This document shows, in pieces, positions 10,150 through 18,996 of a stretch of 36,511 nt of DNA; position 1 is the stretch's first letter; every line of letters begins with the position of its first letter. Location of the stretch: NCBI GenBank assembly GCA_021160865.1, contig JAGHBS010000126.1, forward strand, positions 1 through 36,511, given 5' to 3'. A model generated the notes under the pieces. The model made no database searches. It was given only the letters and a program-made list of their open reading frames with translations, and was not told where the DNA came from. The translations under genes were made by a program, and so were the position numbers. Source of the stretch: Planctomycetota bacterium. Lineage in GTDB: Bacteria > Planctomycetota > Phycisphaerae > SM23-33.

Positions 10150-11664
10150 ATGAAAAGCGCCCGTGTTATTATTTCGTTGGCAGTAGTCGTTGCTATCGTA
10201 GCAGCAGGGGTTATTGTCGGTCCGGAACTCGTTGAGAAGGTCTCTTACTCAGTTGCTAAGGGTGCCAACGCTGCGGACCGTGAAGCGCTTGCGAAACTTT
10301 CCCAGCAAGAGCAACTCAGCAAGATGTTCCGCCTGGTTGCCCGGACGATTAAACCGTCCGTGGTCGTGGTGAAGGTCAAAAAGAGAGTTGCCCTTCCGGA
10401 GATGCCTGATTTAGAAGAGTTTTTCAAGCAGTTCGAGAATGATCCCTTCTTCGGCCCTCGGTTCAAGTTTTTCAGGCGACTTCCCAAACATAAACGCGAA
10501 CGATTCTTCCTCCAGAGGGGTTTAGGTAGTGGAGTAATCGTTGATGCAAAGAATGGGTACATATTGACTAATTATCACGTTGTTGGCGGTGCTGATGAAG
10601 TCGAGGTGATCCTTCCCGATGGTCGGAAGTTTGACACCGAGTGGATTCGAGGCGATCCGCAAACGGACGTAGCCGTGGTGAAGATAAAGGCAAAACGACT
10701 CATCGCTGCCCCGCTGGGAGATAGTGATAAGATGCAAGTAGGTGATTGGGTCCTGGCTATCGGTGCACCAGAAGGCTTGCCTCAAACTGTAACTGCGGGG
10801 ATTATCTCTGCAAAGGGCAGAAAGACGGGCATAAGAAGTTATGAAAACTTTATCCAGACCGATGCTGCCATCAATCACGGCAACAGTGGTGGTCCGCTGG
10901 TGAATCTGCGCGGCGAAGTTATCGGCATCAATACTGCAATCGTTACCCGAAGCGGTGCGAATGAAGGGATCGGATTGGCAATCCCTTCCAATATGGCTAA
11001 GGAGGTGATGAAACAATTAATTGAGAAGGGCAAGGTAGTTCGCGGGTTCCTCGGCGTGACGATTCAGGATGTCGATGAAGAACTTGCAAAGAGTTTCAAT
11101 CTGCCTGATACGCACGGAGCGCTTGTGACGCGGGTGCTAAAAGGTTCACCTGCAGATAAGGCTGGCATAAAAGAGGAAGACTTTATCGTAGAGGTTGATG
11201 GAAAAAAGGTAAAGGATGTTGACGACTTGCGGATTAAAGTTGCCAGACTCACCCCTGGCAGCAAGGTGAAAATTAAGGTTTACAGAAATGGTAAACCCAA
11301 GATTATTACCGTGAAGATAGGCACACAGCCTGCTGATATGGCTTCTCTATTCAAAAAGGGTCAAGAGAAAGTATCCCCGAAGGAATACGGTATTGAGGTT
11401 CAAACCCTCACAAGTGAATTAGCTGCCCGGTATGGGTACGATGAAGATACCAAGGGTGTGCTAATTCTCTCAGTTGCACCAGATAGCGATGCAGCCGAGA
11501 AAGGCATTACCCCCGGAATGGTGATTGATCGCGTAAACGGTAAGAATATCACCAATGTTGATGACTTTGCGGAGGCAATAGCAGCTGCCAAGGGTAAAAG
11601 CATTAGATTGAGGGTAATTTCCCCTGATGGTTCTCGGCGATATGTTGTAATCTCGCCAAAGTAG
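10150..11664 (+). CDS. htrA: Periplasmic serine endoprotease, HtrA/DegP/DegQ family, with two PDZ domains
   Basis: 504 aa with an N-terminal TM/signal. Trypsin-like triad context: TNYHVV, DVAVVKI, GNSGGPL. Two PDZ-like segments follow. Strong AAAGGAG Shine-Dalgarno. Confidence 0.9.
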   Translation: MKSARVIISLAVVVAIVAAGVIVGPELVEKVSYSVAKGANAADREALAKLSQQEQLSKMFRLVARTIKPSVVVVKVKKRVALPEMPDLEEFFKQFENDPFFGPRFKFFRRLPKHKRERFFLQRGLGSGVIVDAKNGYILTNYHVVGGADEVEVILPDGRKFDTEWIRGDPQTDVAVVKIKAKRLIAAPLGDSDKMQVGDWVLAIGAPEGLPQTVTAGIISAKGRKTGIRSYENFIQTDAAINHGNSGGPLVNLRGEVIGINTAIVTRSGANEGIGLAIPSNMAKEVMKQLIEKGKVVRGFLGVTIQDVDEELAKSFNLPDTHGALVTRVLKGSPADKAGIKEEDFIVEVDGKKVKDVDDLRIKVARLTPGSKVKIKVYRNGKPKIITVKIGTQPADMASLFKKGQEKVSPKEYGIEVQTLTSELAARYGYDEDTKGVLILSVAPDSDAAEKGITPGMVIDRVNGKNITNVDDFAEAIAAAKGKSIRLRVISPDGSRRYVVISPK

Positions 11665-11687
11665 AATCACATCAGCATGGAATCAGA

Positions 11688-11725
11688 GAGGCTCACCGAG
11701 CAAATCGCTCGGTGAGCCTCTTTTT
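11688..11725 (+). terminator. Rho-independent terminator after htrA
   Basis: Perfect 13-bp stem GAGGCTCACCGAG (11688-11700) / CTCGGTGAGCCTC (11708-11720), a 7-nt loop, then TTTTT (11721-11725). It sits between the convergent htrA and SNase-like genes. Confidence 0.75.
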
Positions 11726-11751
11726 CGTTATTGCTTGCTTCTCGTAGGTAA

Positions 11752-12570
11752 TTATTGTTTTTCTACTCCCGCAATCTTGGGAGATTCCTTTGGAGTGGTT
11801 TGTGCAATTTCCACCGATGCCCATATTCCCTTGCCGTCTGCCTGGGCTTTTTTCTGATAAAAGTCAAACAAATCGCTGTACTTATGGCGGTAGGTACTTG
11901 CTGATAATCCGTAGCCTTGCCTGATAATCTCAAGGTTTATAAACAGGTTGTCCGGCGCACGGTAAAGATACGCTACGGTGTACCCATTTTCGTCTTGTCT
12001 TGCGAGATTAGGATCATATTGCAGGTAAACGAACTCACCTGTTAAGAGGTTCTTGATGAACTTGCTACTTGAGGTTTCGATTTTTTCTTCCGTCTGATTA
12101 GTATAAATAGGGGTAACTCCAAGCAGCCTGACGCTTATCTTTTCGCCCTGGTTTGTCAGCACAATTGTGCAATCAGGTTTGATGCTGATAACCTTGTAAG
12201 CGGTGGACTTTTGCTCGGTATCGGTAGTTGTGATTGTAGTCGTGGTGGGGGTTGGGATTGAAGGTAATTCGCTAACGGTCTTTACTACTACAGCAGGTTC
12301 TTTGTAGATTATGGTTTCTCCTCTTTGGAGTACGACTTTCGGTCCGACTCTTCTAATCCAGACACGACGGTGGGGTGGTAGAGGACGCAATTTCGGTGGC
12401 AATAGTCGATGATGAGCCACTCGTCGATGATGAACCACCCCTCGATGATGGATCGCGGGCCTCCCTCTCGGTCTGGGTGGCGGGGCAGCTAATAGAAATC
12501 CACTAATAGCAGATAAACCTGCTATGATTGCCACTGCGGTGAAATGCTTGGATTTGATAATCTTGCTCAT
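11752..12570 (-). CDS. Membrane-anchored SNase (staphylococcal/thermonuclease)-fold protein, probably catalytically degenerate
   Basis: The track ORF extends to 12618. I chose ATG 12570 (MSKIIKSKHF...) because it follows a GGAGG Shine-Dalgarno. It has an N-terminal TM, a Pro/Arg/His-rich linker and a Thr-rich spacer. The C-terminal domain aligns by eye to S. aureus nuclease: IKPDCTIVL..VRLLGV.., DENGYTVAYLY, IIRQGYG, GKGIWA. Confidence 0.75.
   Translation of the reverse strand: MSKIIKSKHFTAVAIIAGLSAISGFLLAAPPPRPRGRPAIHHRGVVHHRRVAHHRLLPPKLRPLPPHRRVWIRRVGPKVVLQRGETIIYKEPAVVVKTVSELPSIPTPTTTTITTTDTEQKSTAYKVISIKPDCTIVLTNQGEKISVRLLGVTPIYTNQTEEKIETSSSKFIKNLLTGEFVYLQYDPNLARQDENGYTVAYLYRAPDNLFINLEIIRQGYGLSASTYRHKYSDLFDFYQKKAQADGKGIWASVEIAQTTPKESPKIAGVEKQ
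12405..12458 (-). repeat. Three tandem 18-nt coding repeats (xxCATCATCGAxx on the minus strand) encoding HHR(G/R/L)(V/L)(V/A)
   Basis: Plus-strand units are GTCGATGATGAGCCACTC, GTCGATGATGAACCACCC and CTCGATGATGGATCGCGG. They encode IHHRGVVHHRRVAHHRLL in the linker of the SNase-like protein. Confidence 0.7.
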
Positions 12571-12738
12571 CTCTACTCCTCCTTTTACAAGTCCCTTTCC
12601 TGGCCAATTGAAAAACAAACTAAAATTAACTTTTATATAATTGCACCTCGGCGTTTTATCTTGACTACTTTAGTGGTATATTTTTTATATGTAGGTTGCA
12701 TAGTTTCGTTATTTGATAAATGTAAAGGAACATTTCCG

Positions 12739-13173
12739 ATGAACGTGGCAATTCAAGTAGCAGGTGAGGATTTCTCTTCCATCGCGCGTGAACTGACCCG
12801 CTGGATTGATGGGGTTCTTGGGCGAGATTACCACCGTTATCATTCAGGTCAGACGTGGAGCCCGTCGATTAATCTCTATGAAGATAGTTCTTGCTATTAC
12901 CTCGTAGCAGACCTTGCAGGAATGGAGGCAGAGGGTATCGAGTTGCTCATAGAGAACAGACGTTTGATACTTCGCGGCGTGCGTCCTGGCCCGATACCCC
13001 CAGCATCAGTGGCGGAACGGAGCGAAGGTAAGGTAGCATTTCGGCTCCACCATATGGAAATCGACAATGGGCCTTTTCATCGAACGATAGAATTGCCTGC
13101 CTCGGTTGACAGCGACCGCGTCGAAGCAAAATACCGTAATGGCTTCCTCTGGGTAATAATGCCCAAAAAATAA
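12739..13173 (+). CDS. Small heat-shock protein, Hsp20/alpha-crystallin family
   Basis: The track ORF starts at 12544. I chose the internal ATG 12739 (MNVAIQVAGEDF...) because it follows AAAGGAA. The alpha-crystallin domain is recognisable (SPSINLYEDSSCYYLVADLAGM...FHRTIELP...AKYRNGFLWVIMPK). Confidence 0.85.
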   Translation: MNVAIQVAGEDFSSIARELTRWIDGVLGRDYHRYHSGQTWSPSINLYEDSSCYYLVADLAGMEAEGIELLIENRRLILRGVRPGPIPPASVAERSEGKVAFRLHHMEIDNGPFHRTIELPASVDSDRVEAKYRNGFLWVIMPKK

Positions 13174-13337
13174 ACGAAGGCTACTATCGATAGAGCGAAG
13201 ATGGCAGAGGAAAACCAACCAAACCGACGATAATCGTTCCGGAAGGGAAATCTTCGGTCATCAAGCCGGGAACACCCAGCCAGGAACAGCCTCAAGGTAA
13301 TCAGCAGCAGATAAGCATACCTGAGATATCTGCCGTT

Positions 13338-15683
13338 TTGCCAATTCGCAATACTGTGGTCTTCCCCGGTACGATGATGCCACTGGTGATAGGCAGGGCA
13401 AAGTCGCGAAAATTAATTGAGGATGTGTTGCCTGATCAACGTGTAATCGTGCTGGTTGCCCAAAAGGACGCAAGTGTCGAAAACCCCACACCTGATGACC
13501 TTTATCAGCATGGTACAGCCGTGGTGATACTCAAATTGCTTCGCACTTCTGAAGAAGCCCAGACTATTGTCGTCCATGGATTGGTCCGCGTCCGCATCGA
13601 GGAATATGTTCAGACTGAACCTTACTTCCGTGCAAGGATTACTCCCCTTGAAGAACAAGTTCCAGAAGGTAAGGAAATCGAAGCCCGGCTAATCGATGTC
13701 CGTCAAAAGGCATTGAGAATTGTTCAACTTTCTCCCAATATCCCCGACGAGGCACAGATGGTCATCAATAGTATAGATCAGCCCGGCGCCCTTGCCGATT
13801 TTCTGGCTGCTAACCTCGTTTCGGATGTTGCGGTCAAGCAGGAATTGCTTGCAGAAACCAACGTTCTAAAGCGGCTCGAACGGCTCGAAAAGATACTGTA
13901 TCACCAGGTTGAAGTGCTCGAACTCAGCGGGCAACTGCAGGAAAAGGTACGCGAAAGCATCGATAAGGCTCAGCGGGAGTATTTTCTTCGAGAGCAACTC
14001 AAAGCCATCAAAAAAGAACTGGGGCAAATTGATGAACAATCCGCTGATATCGAGGAACTTACCAAAAAGGTCAACGAATCGGGAATGAGTGAGTCGGTAA
14101 AGTCCGAGTGCTTTCGTCAGATTCGCCGATTGGAAACGATTCCACCTGCCAGTCCGGAATATTCAGTCATTCGGACGTACCTGGAAGTGATGACGGAACT
14201 CCCGTGGAATAAATATACCGAGGATAACCTCGATATCCGACGGGCAAAGCGAATACTTGATGAGGATCATTACAATCTCGACAAGGTCAAGAAGCGCATA
14301 TTGGAGTATCTTGCTGTTAGGCGGTTAGCGCCTGATTCGCATGGTCCGATTTTATGTTTTGTCGGTCCGCCTGGCGTAGGGAAGACTTCGCTGGGGATGT
14401 CGATTGCAAGAGCATTGGGACGGAAGTTTATCCGCATGAGCCTGGGCGGCTTGAGAGACGAAGCCGAACTCCGCGGACATAGACGAACTTATATCGGTGC
14501 AATGCCCGGAAGAATCATTCAGGAAATTCGTAAAGCCGGCTCGGCAAATCCGGTCTTCATGCTCGATGAACTTGATAAGGTGGGTATGGATTTCCGTGGC
14601 GATCCAACTTCAGCCCTGCTGGAAATACTTGATCCAGCCCAGAACTTCAGTTTCCAGGACCACTATCTCAATGTGCCGTTCGACCTATCGAAGGTGATGT
14701 TTATTGGGACAGCTAACGTCATTTCAACGATTTCACCGGCATTGCGAGATAGGATGGAAATAATCAATCTATCGGGATATACCACGCTGGAGAAGAAGCA
14801 CATCGCCCAGAGGCATCTTGTACCACGACAATTAAAGGAGAATGGCCTATCGGAAGGGGCGATCGAGTTTACCGATGAGGCATTAGAGTATATCATCGCT
14901 CATTATACCCGCGAGGCAGGCGTTCGTGAACTTGAGCGCCAGATCGGGGCAATTTGCAGGGCAATTGCAGTAAAGGTTGCAGCGAAGGTAGGTAAGTCTT
15001 CGGCAAAGAAGCAGGTGAAGAAGGTAAAGGTTGAACCCAAGGATGTCAGGCGATATCTTGGTCCAATAATTTACGAAAATGAAGTTGCACAGAGAACTTC
15101 TGTCCCAGGTGTGGCAACAGGGTTGGCTTACACTGCTGCGGGAGGTGAGATAATTTTTATTGAGGCGACATCTTATCCTGGAAAGGGTCAGTTAATACTG
15201 ACCGGACAGATTGGCGACGTGATGAAGGAATCTGCTCGAACGGCTTTGAGTTTAGTAATGAGCAGGGCTGGGAAACTTGGAATTGATGAAGATAGGTTTC
15301 AGAAGATAGACATTCATATACACGTTCCTGCCGGTGCGGTTCCCAAGGATGGTCCAAGCGCAGGAGTTGCGATGGCTACCTCAATTGCATCGATGATGCT
15401 GGAACGTTCCGTCAGGCCTGACGTCGCGATGACCGGGGAGATTACGCTTCGTGGATTAGTCTTACCGGTAGGCGCAATTAAGGAAAAGGTCCTTGCTGCT
15501 GCCCAAGCAGGGATAAAGACGGTAATTCTGCCTGCACGGAATCGAAAGGATATTACCGATGTGCCGTCTGATGTTCGCAAGCAGCTCAAGTTGGTTTTCT
15601 CTAAGACGATAGATGATGTGTTGAGGAACGCACTGGTTGATTCTGATGGTAAGGTGCGAAAGAGTAAGAATAAAAGGCAGTAA
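13338..15683 (+). CDS. lon: ATP-dependent Lon protease (LonA type); the start codon is uncertain
   Basis: N-terminal LON domain (LPIRNTVVFPG..PL.IGR.KS), AAA+ Walker A GPPGVGKTS, Walker B FMLDELDK, and a protease Ser-Lys dyad context (PKDGPSAGVAM, GAIKEKVLAA). TTG 13338 is the first canonical start in frame. See the finding on the start codon. Confidence 0.9.
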   Translation: MPIRNTVVFPGTMMPLVIGRAKSRKLIEDVLPDQRVIVLVAQKDASVENPTPDDLYQHGTAVVILKLLRTSEEAQTIVVHGLVRVRIEEYVQTEPYFRARITPLEEQVPEGKEIEARLIDVRQKALRIVQLSPNIPDEAQMVINSIDQPGALADFLAANLVSDVAVKQELLAETNVLKRLERLEKILYHQVEVLELSGQLQEKVRESIDKAQREYFLREQLKAIKKELGQIDEQSADIEELTKKVNESGMSESVKSECFRQIRRLETIPPASPEYSVIRTYLEVMTELPWNKYTEDNLDIRRAKRILDEDHYNLDKVKKRILEYLAVRRLAPDSHGPILCFVGPPGVGKTSLGMSIARALGRKFIRMSLGGLRDEAELRGHRRTYIGAMPGRIIQEIRKAGSANPVFMLDELDKVGMDFRGDPTSALLEILDPAQNFSFQDHYLNVPFDLSKVMFIGTANVISTISPALRDRMEIINLSGYTTLEKKHIAQRHLVPRQLKENGLSEGAIEFTDEALEYIIAHYTREAGVRELERQIGAICRAIAVKVAAKVGKSSAKKQVKKVKVEPKDVRRYLGPIIYENEVAQRTSVPGVATGLAYTAAGGEIIFIEATSYPGKGQLILTGQIGDVMKESARTALSLVMSRAGKLGIDEDRFQKIDIHIHVPAGAVPKDGPSAGVAMATSIASMMLERSVRPDVAMTGEITLRGLVLPVGAIKEKVLAAAQAGIKTVILPARNRKDITDVPSDVRKQLKLVFSKTIDDVLRNALVDSDGKVRKSKNKRQ

Positions 15684-15791
15684 TGTTAGGATTTGTTGCG
15701 TAGGTTATGTGAAATTTTGATACAATGCTTGCAAGGCGATTGGTATCTGTTGATAATAAGGGATAAGGATAAACTTGTTAGGAGAATAAGC

Positions 15792-16271
15792 ATGTTGAAT
15801 TCATCGAGAAGGTATGGACTGGGTAGGTTTGCTCGTGGTGCTTCGACGACGGAAATTGCAATCGTATCTGTTCTGGTGGGTCTTATTGTCTTTGCACTGG
15901 TAATGACTATCCGTGATGCAATTGGTGGTAGGAGCGGATACAAATACAAGCCGCCGACTGAGTACCGCGTGCACTGCATGGCTTGTGGTGCTGAGTGGAT
16001 GGTCAAGCCTAAAGACATTTCGAAGTACCAAAGAGAAGGCATGGGAGAATTTTCCAAAAGCGGTGAGTACCGGCCTCGTGGCGGAGACTGCCCGAAGTGC
16101 GGTGCTAAGGGTACCGTTTTCGTCATGATTCAATGTCCTAATTGTGGCAAGTACTATCTACCTGCAAGGGTAAAGGACCCTGCTGGATTTGCTGAAGGAA
16201 AGGTCCGCGACGTTTGTCCTTATTGTGGCACCGACTTGAAGAAGTGGTGGAAGAAGCACCTCAAGAGATGA
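15792..16271 (+). CDS. Hypothetical membrane-anchored protein with four CxxC motifs (two zinc-ribbon-like units) and a prepilin-like N-terminus
   Basis: The track ORF starts at 15693. I chose ATG 15792 because it follows AGGAGAA. The N-terminus is RFARG-ASTTEIAIVSVLVGLIVFALV. The CxxC pairs are CMAC, CPKC, CPNC and CPYC. The C-terminus is Lys-rich. Confidence 0.6.
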   Translation: MLNSSRRYGLGRFARGASTTEIAIVSVLVGLIVFALVMTIRDAIGGRSGYKYKPPTEYRVHCMACGAEWMVKPKDISKYQREGMGEFSKSGEYRPRGGDCPKCGAKGTVFVMIQCPNCGKYYLPARVKDPAGFAEGKVRDVCPYCGTDLKKWWKKHLKR

Positions 16272-16408
16272 GCGGCCTGCCTCATTATCGACTATCAAAC
16301 GATTACAGATACTATCTGAACGAATAGAAAGCGTTGACTAATCTAATGCACCTACATGGGCATGAGATAGCGTTTGTCCGCTTTCTGTTGTAGGTAATCG
16401 AATGCTTA

Positions 16409-16858
16409 ATGGATCGCCGAACAAAAATTTGTATTTGGATAATTGTTCTGGGGCTGGTAAACTTTCTGGTATTCACGATGGCGTACATGATAATCGGTGG
16501 TGATGCGATGAAGGGGGATATTCGCGTAGAAATCACCGATCAGGGCCAAAGAATTTTGCATTATTTTCTTGTCGGCGAAGGAAGAGGCAGACGATTTGAG
16601 GTTTCCAGGGGGGTATGGATATATTCTGCGATACATAGTATAAGTCTTTGGATTACTATGGGGGCGGTTATGCTTAGTATGCTAACATTAGCCAAGGACC
16701 GTATTGTTGCATCCATGCGAACCAGCATCATTCGCGGAAGAACCTTTATTACGGTTTTAGCCACACTGGTAACGCTCATATCAGTTGTCTTTACCATTTG
16801 GTTCGTTGCATACATGATTCGCCAGTTAGTTCATCCTGCACCGCTTGGTGTATCATGA
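16409..16858 (+). CDS. Hypothetical integral membrane protein (about 3 TM segments)
   Basis: 149-aa ORF with three hydrophobic segments. Its stop overlaps the dinG-like start (ATGA at 16855-16858). No family was recognised. Confidence 0.55.
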   Translation: MDRRTKICIWIIVLGLVNFLVFTMAYMIIGGDAMKGDIRVEITDQGQRILHYFLVGEGRGRRFEVSRGVWIYSAIHSISLWITMGAVMLSMLTLAKDRIVASMRTSIIRGRTFITVLATLVTLISVVFTIWFVAYMIRQLVHPAPLGVS

Positions 16859-18945
16859 CCAGTCAAGTTGCTCATCTTCTATCAGCCGATGGACCAATTG
16901 CTTCGGCAATGCCTTCGTATGAGTCCCGGCCGGAACAATTAGCAATGGCTCAAGCCGTCGAGTCAGCATTTGCCGATGGTAGTCACCTATTAGTTGAAGC
17001 CGGTACAGGAGTAGGTAAAACCTTTGCCTACCTTATACCAGCAATTCTGGAGATTCAAAAAGGGCGACGGGTTATTATTGCCACATACACCATTGCCCTT
17101 CAAGAGCAACTTATCACCAAGGATATCCCATTCTTGCAGGATTGCTTGGACTTCTCATTTCGGGTGGTTTTGGCTAAGGGTAGGAATAATTATTTGTGCC
17201 TTCGCCGGCTTGACCTTGCCCGACGACGTGCAGAAAAGATTTTTTCAGCCAGGCGCGATCAGGTCCATCTTGAAAAGATTGCTCAATGGAGTGCAGCTAC
17301 AAAGTGCGCATCACGACAGGATATTACCTTTTCAATCTCAGATTCTCTCTGGAGGCGGATTCGTGCTGAGTCTGATGCTTGCCTTGGTAAAAAATGCAGA
17401 TGGTATCATCAATGCCCATTTCAGACAGCACGTCGGAAAATCCACAAGGCAGATATGGTGGTGGTAAATCACGCATTGTTATTTTCAGACCTATCCCTTC
17501 GCGGAGCAGGGATTGAGCCACCCCGATATACCACTTCCGACTTACTCGGCCAATATGATTTACTGGTTATTGACGAAGCTCATATGATTGAATCAGTGGC
17601 TTCAGAACATTTTGGTAAGTCTATAACAAGCGGAGCAATCCAAAGCGTGCTTCGTGAATTGTATAACCCCAGGACGAAGCGGGGACTATTGACGTTGATA
17701 GGTGATATGGATGCAATCGCTATGGTTCGTTCCGTCAGTAAGGCGGCTGATATGTTTTTCAGTTCCCTCGCTAATGATAGCGTGGATGGTATCGCTCCGA
17801 ATGGCAGAATATATAAACCCTATGCTGTTGACGACATTCTTTCACCAGAACTTATCAGACTAGCTAATGAATTGAAGCGAATAAGACAGGAACGAGACGA
17901 TGTTAATGAGAGGCTTGAATTGCAGGGATATGAGCGAGCCCTGCATGAACGGGCAGAGACAATAGCAAAGTTAATAGGACAAAGGTATCCTGAATCAGCC
18001 TACTGGCGAACGATAGTTTCAAGGGACGCAGATCGTGCAGCCAGCCGTGATAGTAAAACTGTTATTCTTGCCTGTGCCCCGATAAGAGTTTCGGAGATAC
18101 TTAAACGATGCCTATTTGATGCGGTGAGGTCTGTTATTTTGACCTCTGCGACACTTAGCAATGCTCGCAAGGGGGTTAGCGGATTTGAATACATTCGCAA
18201 TCGTCTTGGCCTTGAGGATGCTCGTGAACTTCGGCTTGATAGCCCGTTCGATTATCGTCGCCAATCGCGTCTTTACATCGAAACTACCCTTGGCAATCCG
18301 AATGAGTTAGACGAATTTGTGCCGCGGGCATGCAGGGCTATCGAATATTATGTTTCTTTGACGAAGGGGAGGTGTTTTGTTTTATTCACGTCGTACAAGA
18401 TGCTTCAAGCTGTAGCAGAAGGTCTCCTTCCCTTTGCCCAGCGGGAGGGATATACGTTGCTTATTCAGGGAGGACCTTTACCACGATCTGCCATGCTTGC
18501 CAGATTCCGCCGGGGTCGAAAGTGCATTCTTTTGGGGACTGATAGTTTCTGGCAGGGAGTGGATGTGGCTGGCGAGGCACTTTCAAACGTCATTATCGCC
18601 AAGTTGCCCTTTGCCGTGCCTGATTCACCACTAATCGAAGCAAGGTTAGAAGCCATCCGAGCCGAGGGTGGTGATCCTTTCAGAGACTACCAATTGCCTA
18701 ACGCCATCATTCGTTTTAAACAAGGTTTTGGCAGGCTTGTACGCTCAAGTAAAGATCACGGTTTTGTCGTCTGTCTTGATCATCGTATAGTATCAATGCC
18801 CTATGGTAGGGATTTTCTTGAAGCATTACCTGATACCGAAATCATTTACGACGCATCGCTTTCTAATAAGATGAGTATGCATGAAAGCAGGTATGGCTCG
18901 CAGGACATCTACCCACGAGCCATACCACAGGACGATTTCGATTGA
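16855..18945 (+). CDS. dinG: ATP-dependent DNA helicase, DinG/XPD (Rad3-like, Fe-S) family
   Basis: The track ORF starts at 16798. I chose ATG 16855 (MTSQVAHLL...). Motifs: Walker [14 protein letters not shown] box VIDEAHMI, and four Cys candidates for a 4Fe-4S domain (NYLCLRRL ... [14 protein letters not shown]). C-terminal helicase blocks are [12 protein letters not shown] and GRLVRS. Confidence 0.85.
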   Translation: MTSQVAHLLSADGPIASAMPSYESRPEQLAMAQAVESAFADGSHLLVEAGTGVGKTFAYLIPAILEIQKGRRVIIATYTIALQEQLITKDIPFLQDCLDFSFRVVLAKGRNNYLCLRRLDLARRRAEKIFSARRDQVHLEKIAQWSAATKCASRQDITFSISDSLWRRIRAESDACLGKKCRWYHQCPFQTARRKIHKADMVVVNHALLFSDLSLRGAGIEPPRYTTSDLLGQYDLLVIDEAHMIESVASEHFGKSITSGAIQSVLRELYNPRTKRGLLTLIGDMDAIAMVRSVSKAADMFFSSLANDSVDGIAPNGRIYKPYAVDDILSPELIRLANELKRIRQERDDVNERLELQGYERALHERAETIAKLIGQRYPESAYWRTIVSRDADRAASRDSKTVILACAPIRVSEILKRCLFDAVRSVILTSATLSNARKGVSGFEYIRNRLGLEDARELRLDSPFDYRRQSRLYIETTLGNPNELDEFVPRACRAIEYYVSLTKGRCFVLFTSYKMLQAVAEGLLPFAQREGYTLLIQGGPLPRSAMLARFRRGRKCILLGTDSFWQGVDVAGEALSNVIIAKLPFAVPDSPLIEARLEAIRAEGGDPFRDYQLPNAIIRFKQGFGRLVRSSKDHGFVVCLDHRIVSMPYGRDFLEALPDTEIIYDASLSNKMSMHESRYGSQDIYPRAIPQDDFD

Positions 18946-18956
18946 TACTCTTGACA

Positions 18957-18994
18957 CCTCGGTTGCGGAAGGCAAATAAGCACTTCCGCGGAGG
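18957..18994 (+). terminator. Possible terminator hairpin between convergent genes
   Basis: GCGGAAG (18965-18971) pairs with CTTCCGC (18983-18989) around an 11-nt loop. Outer CCTC/GGAG pairs extend the stem. The downstream T-run (TATTATCCTATTTT) is only weak and interrupted. Confidence 0.35.
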
Positions 18995-18996
18995 TA

